NCBI GenBank assembly: GCA_044892525.1
Contig: CM097885.1
Coordinates: 215,946,001-216,010,000, forward strand
Reading direction: 5' to 3'
Source of the DNA: Schmidtea polychroa
Lineage: Eukaryota
Length of the DNA stretch: 64,000 nucleotides
Under the pieces are notes generated by a model. It saw nothing but the letters and a program-made list of their open reading frames with translations, searched no databases and was not told the DNA's origin. The position numbers were made by a program, and so were the translations under genes. Shown piece after piece: positions 63,250 through 64,000 of the stretch. Position 1 is the first letter of the stretch. Each line of letters starts with the position of its first letter.

Positions 63250-63960
63250 CATAAAAACAATAAAAATATAACATACTACAACAATAAGCATGAACAAATC
63301 GCGATTTCTGCTCCGATTTGTGGGGAAGTCCACGCTTCCGCGGGGATTTACCATAATTCCATCCGACTGAGCTGGGTGTCTCGATTTACCGATGTTGTAA
63401 CTCTACCAATTGTTCTCTCCACTCCGAATTTGATTGATACAAATGTTCATCCGTATTTTCAATAATGCCGTCATTAATATCCAACTCCACACGACGTAAC
63501 CGAGCGATAGCGTGACTTACTTAGTTTACGGCTTGAAGCTGAGCTACGCGGGCTAGATCCAGGGTTGGCTCTCACTTGAGCACAACCATCGTCAATCCTC
63601 ATCTTTCAGTGATCTGGACTGCATTGCCCCCCTGGCTTGGCGACTAGGTTCAATTCGGAATCCGTCGTTCCACGCCCGAATTCTATTCCACAACCACTCT
63701 CGCTGCGGGATTGTGACCGAGTGTTTCCTAGTGGAGTCCGTTGATGGTTGATTTTCTCCGTGTTCGAGCTAGGCTGCTTGATATTGACCCGCAGAGGATG
63801 GCCCAGCGTCAGCCCTTCTATTGTATGATTCGGATTTTGGCATGATGTTACAACAATACGCAGGAAAAATCATTGATGATTTACTGATCGCGCTATATAT
63901 ATAGTAGGTAGCTGTACCTATGTGCGGCCGCGGATGCCGATCTTTAGTCATCGGATTCAT
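63250..63960 (-). pseudogene. Decayed ORF-A, copy 2
   Basis: GC-rich island with WLWNRIRAWNDGF and HAIARLRRVELDINDGII. Stops and a frameshift. Confidence 0.5.
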
Positions 63961-64000
63961 TATCGATTTTTCGCTGGTGTGAATATTAGCCTATGTGTTA

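Noticed and set aside
130-63960. Most 60-100 aa ORFs in the supplied track
   Set aside because: They are antisense or off-frame shadows of TE remnants and of the RNA modules (e.g. 4699-4950, 43068-43265, 46527-46784), or AT-rich noise.
1-64000. CRISPR arrays, rRNA, tRNA genes, prokaryotic operons
   Set aside because: No regularly spaced repeat-spacer array or recognisable RNA gene. The content is eukaryotic TE-derived DNA with spliceosomal intron signals.

Overview
AT-rich eukaryotic (animal-like) DNA made almost entirely of nested and decayed mobile elements. It has three assembly gaps and no prokaryotic operons, rRNA, tRNA or CRISPR. Recognisable elements: two Ty3/Gypsy remnants; at least seven hAT-superfamily transposons, four with both TIRs and 8-bp TSDs; Tc1 and Tigger/pogo derivatives; a piggyBac-type MITE; and a Polinton/Maverick capsid block (penton-core-hexon). 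A multi-C2H2 zinc-finger gene has one finger split across a predicted 8.6-kb intron full of TEs. The main discovery is not explained by these families: a ~230-250 nt structured-RNA-like module occurs eight times (4694-4922 -, 9002-11716 + split by a hAT, 12479-12581 + partial, 16939-17182 +, 40776-41017 +, 42985-43226 -, 46454-46678 -, 61321-61552 -). Its stems covary around a conserved 8-nt bulge, A(T/G)(T/C)(T/A)CCAA. In five copies it lies just 3' of a co-oriented decayed ORF from one of two unrelated, unassigned protein families. All alignments and folds were done by eye, so coordinates of decayed elements are approximate.
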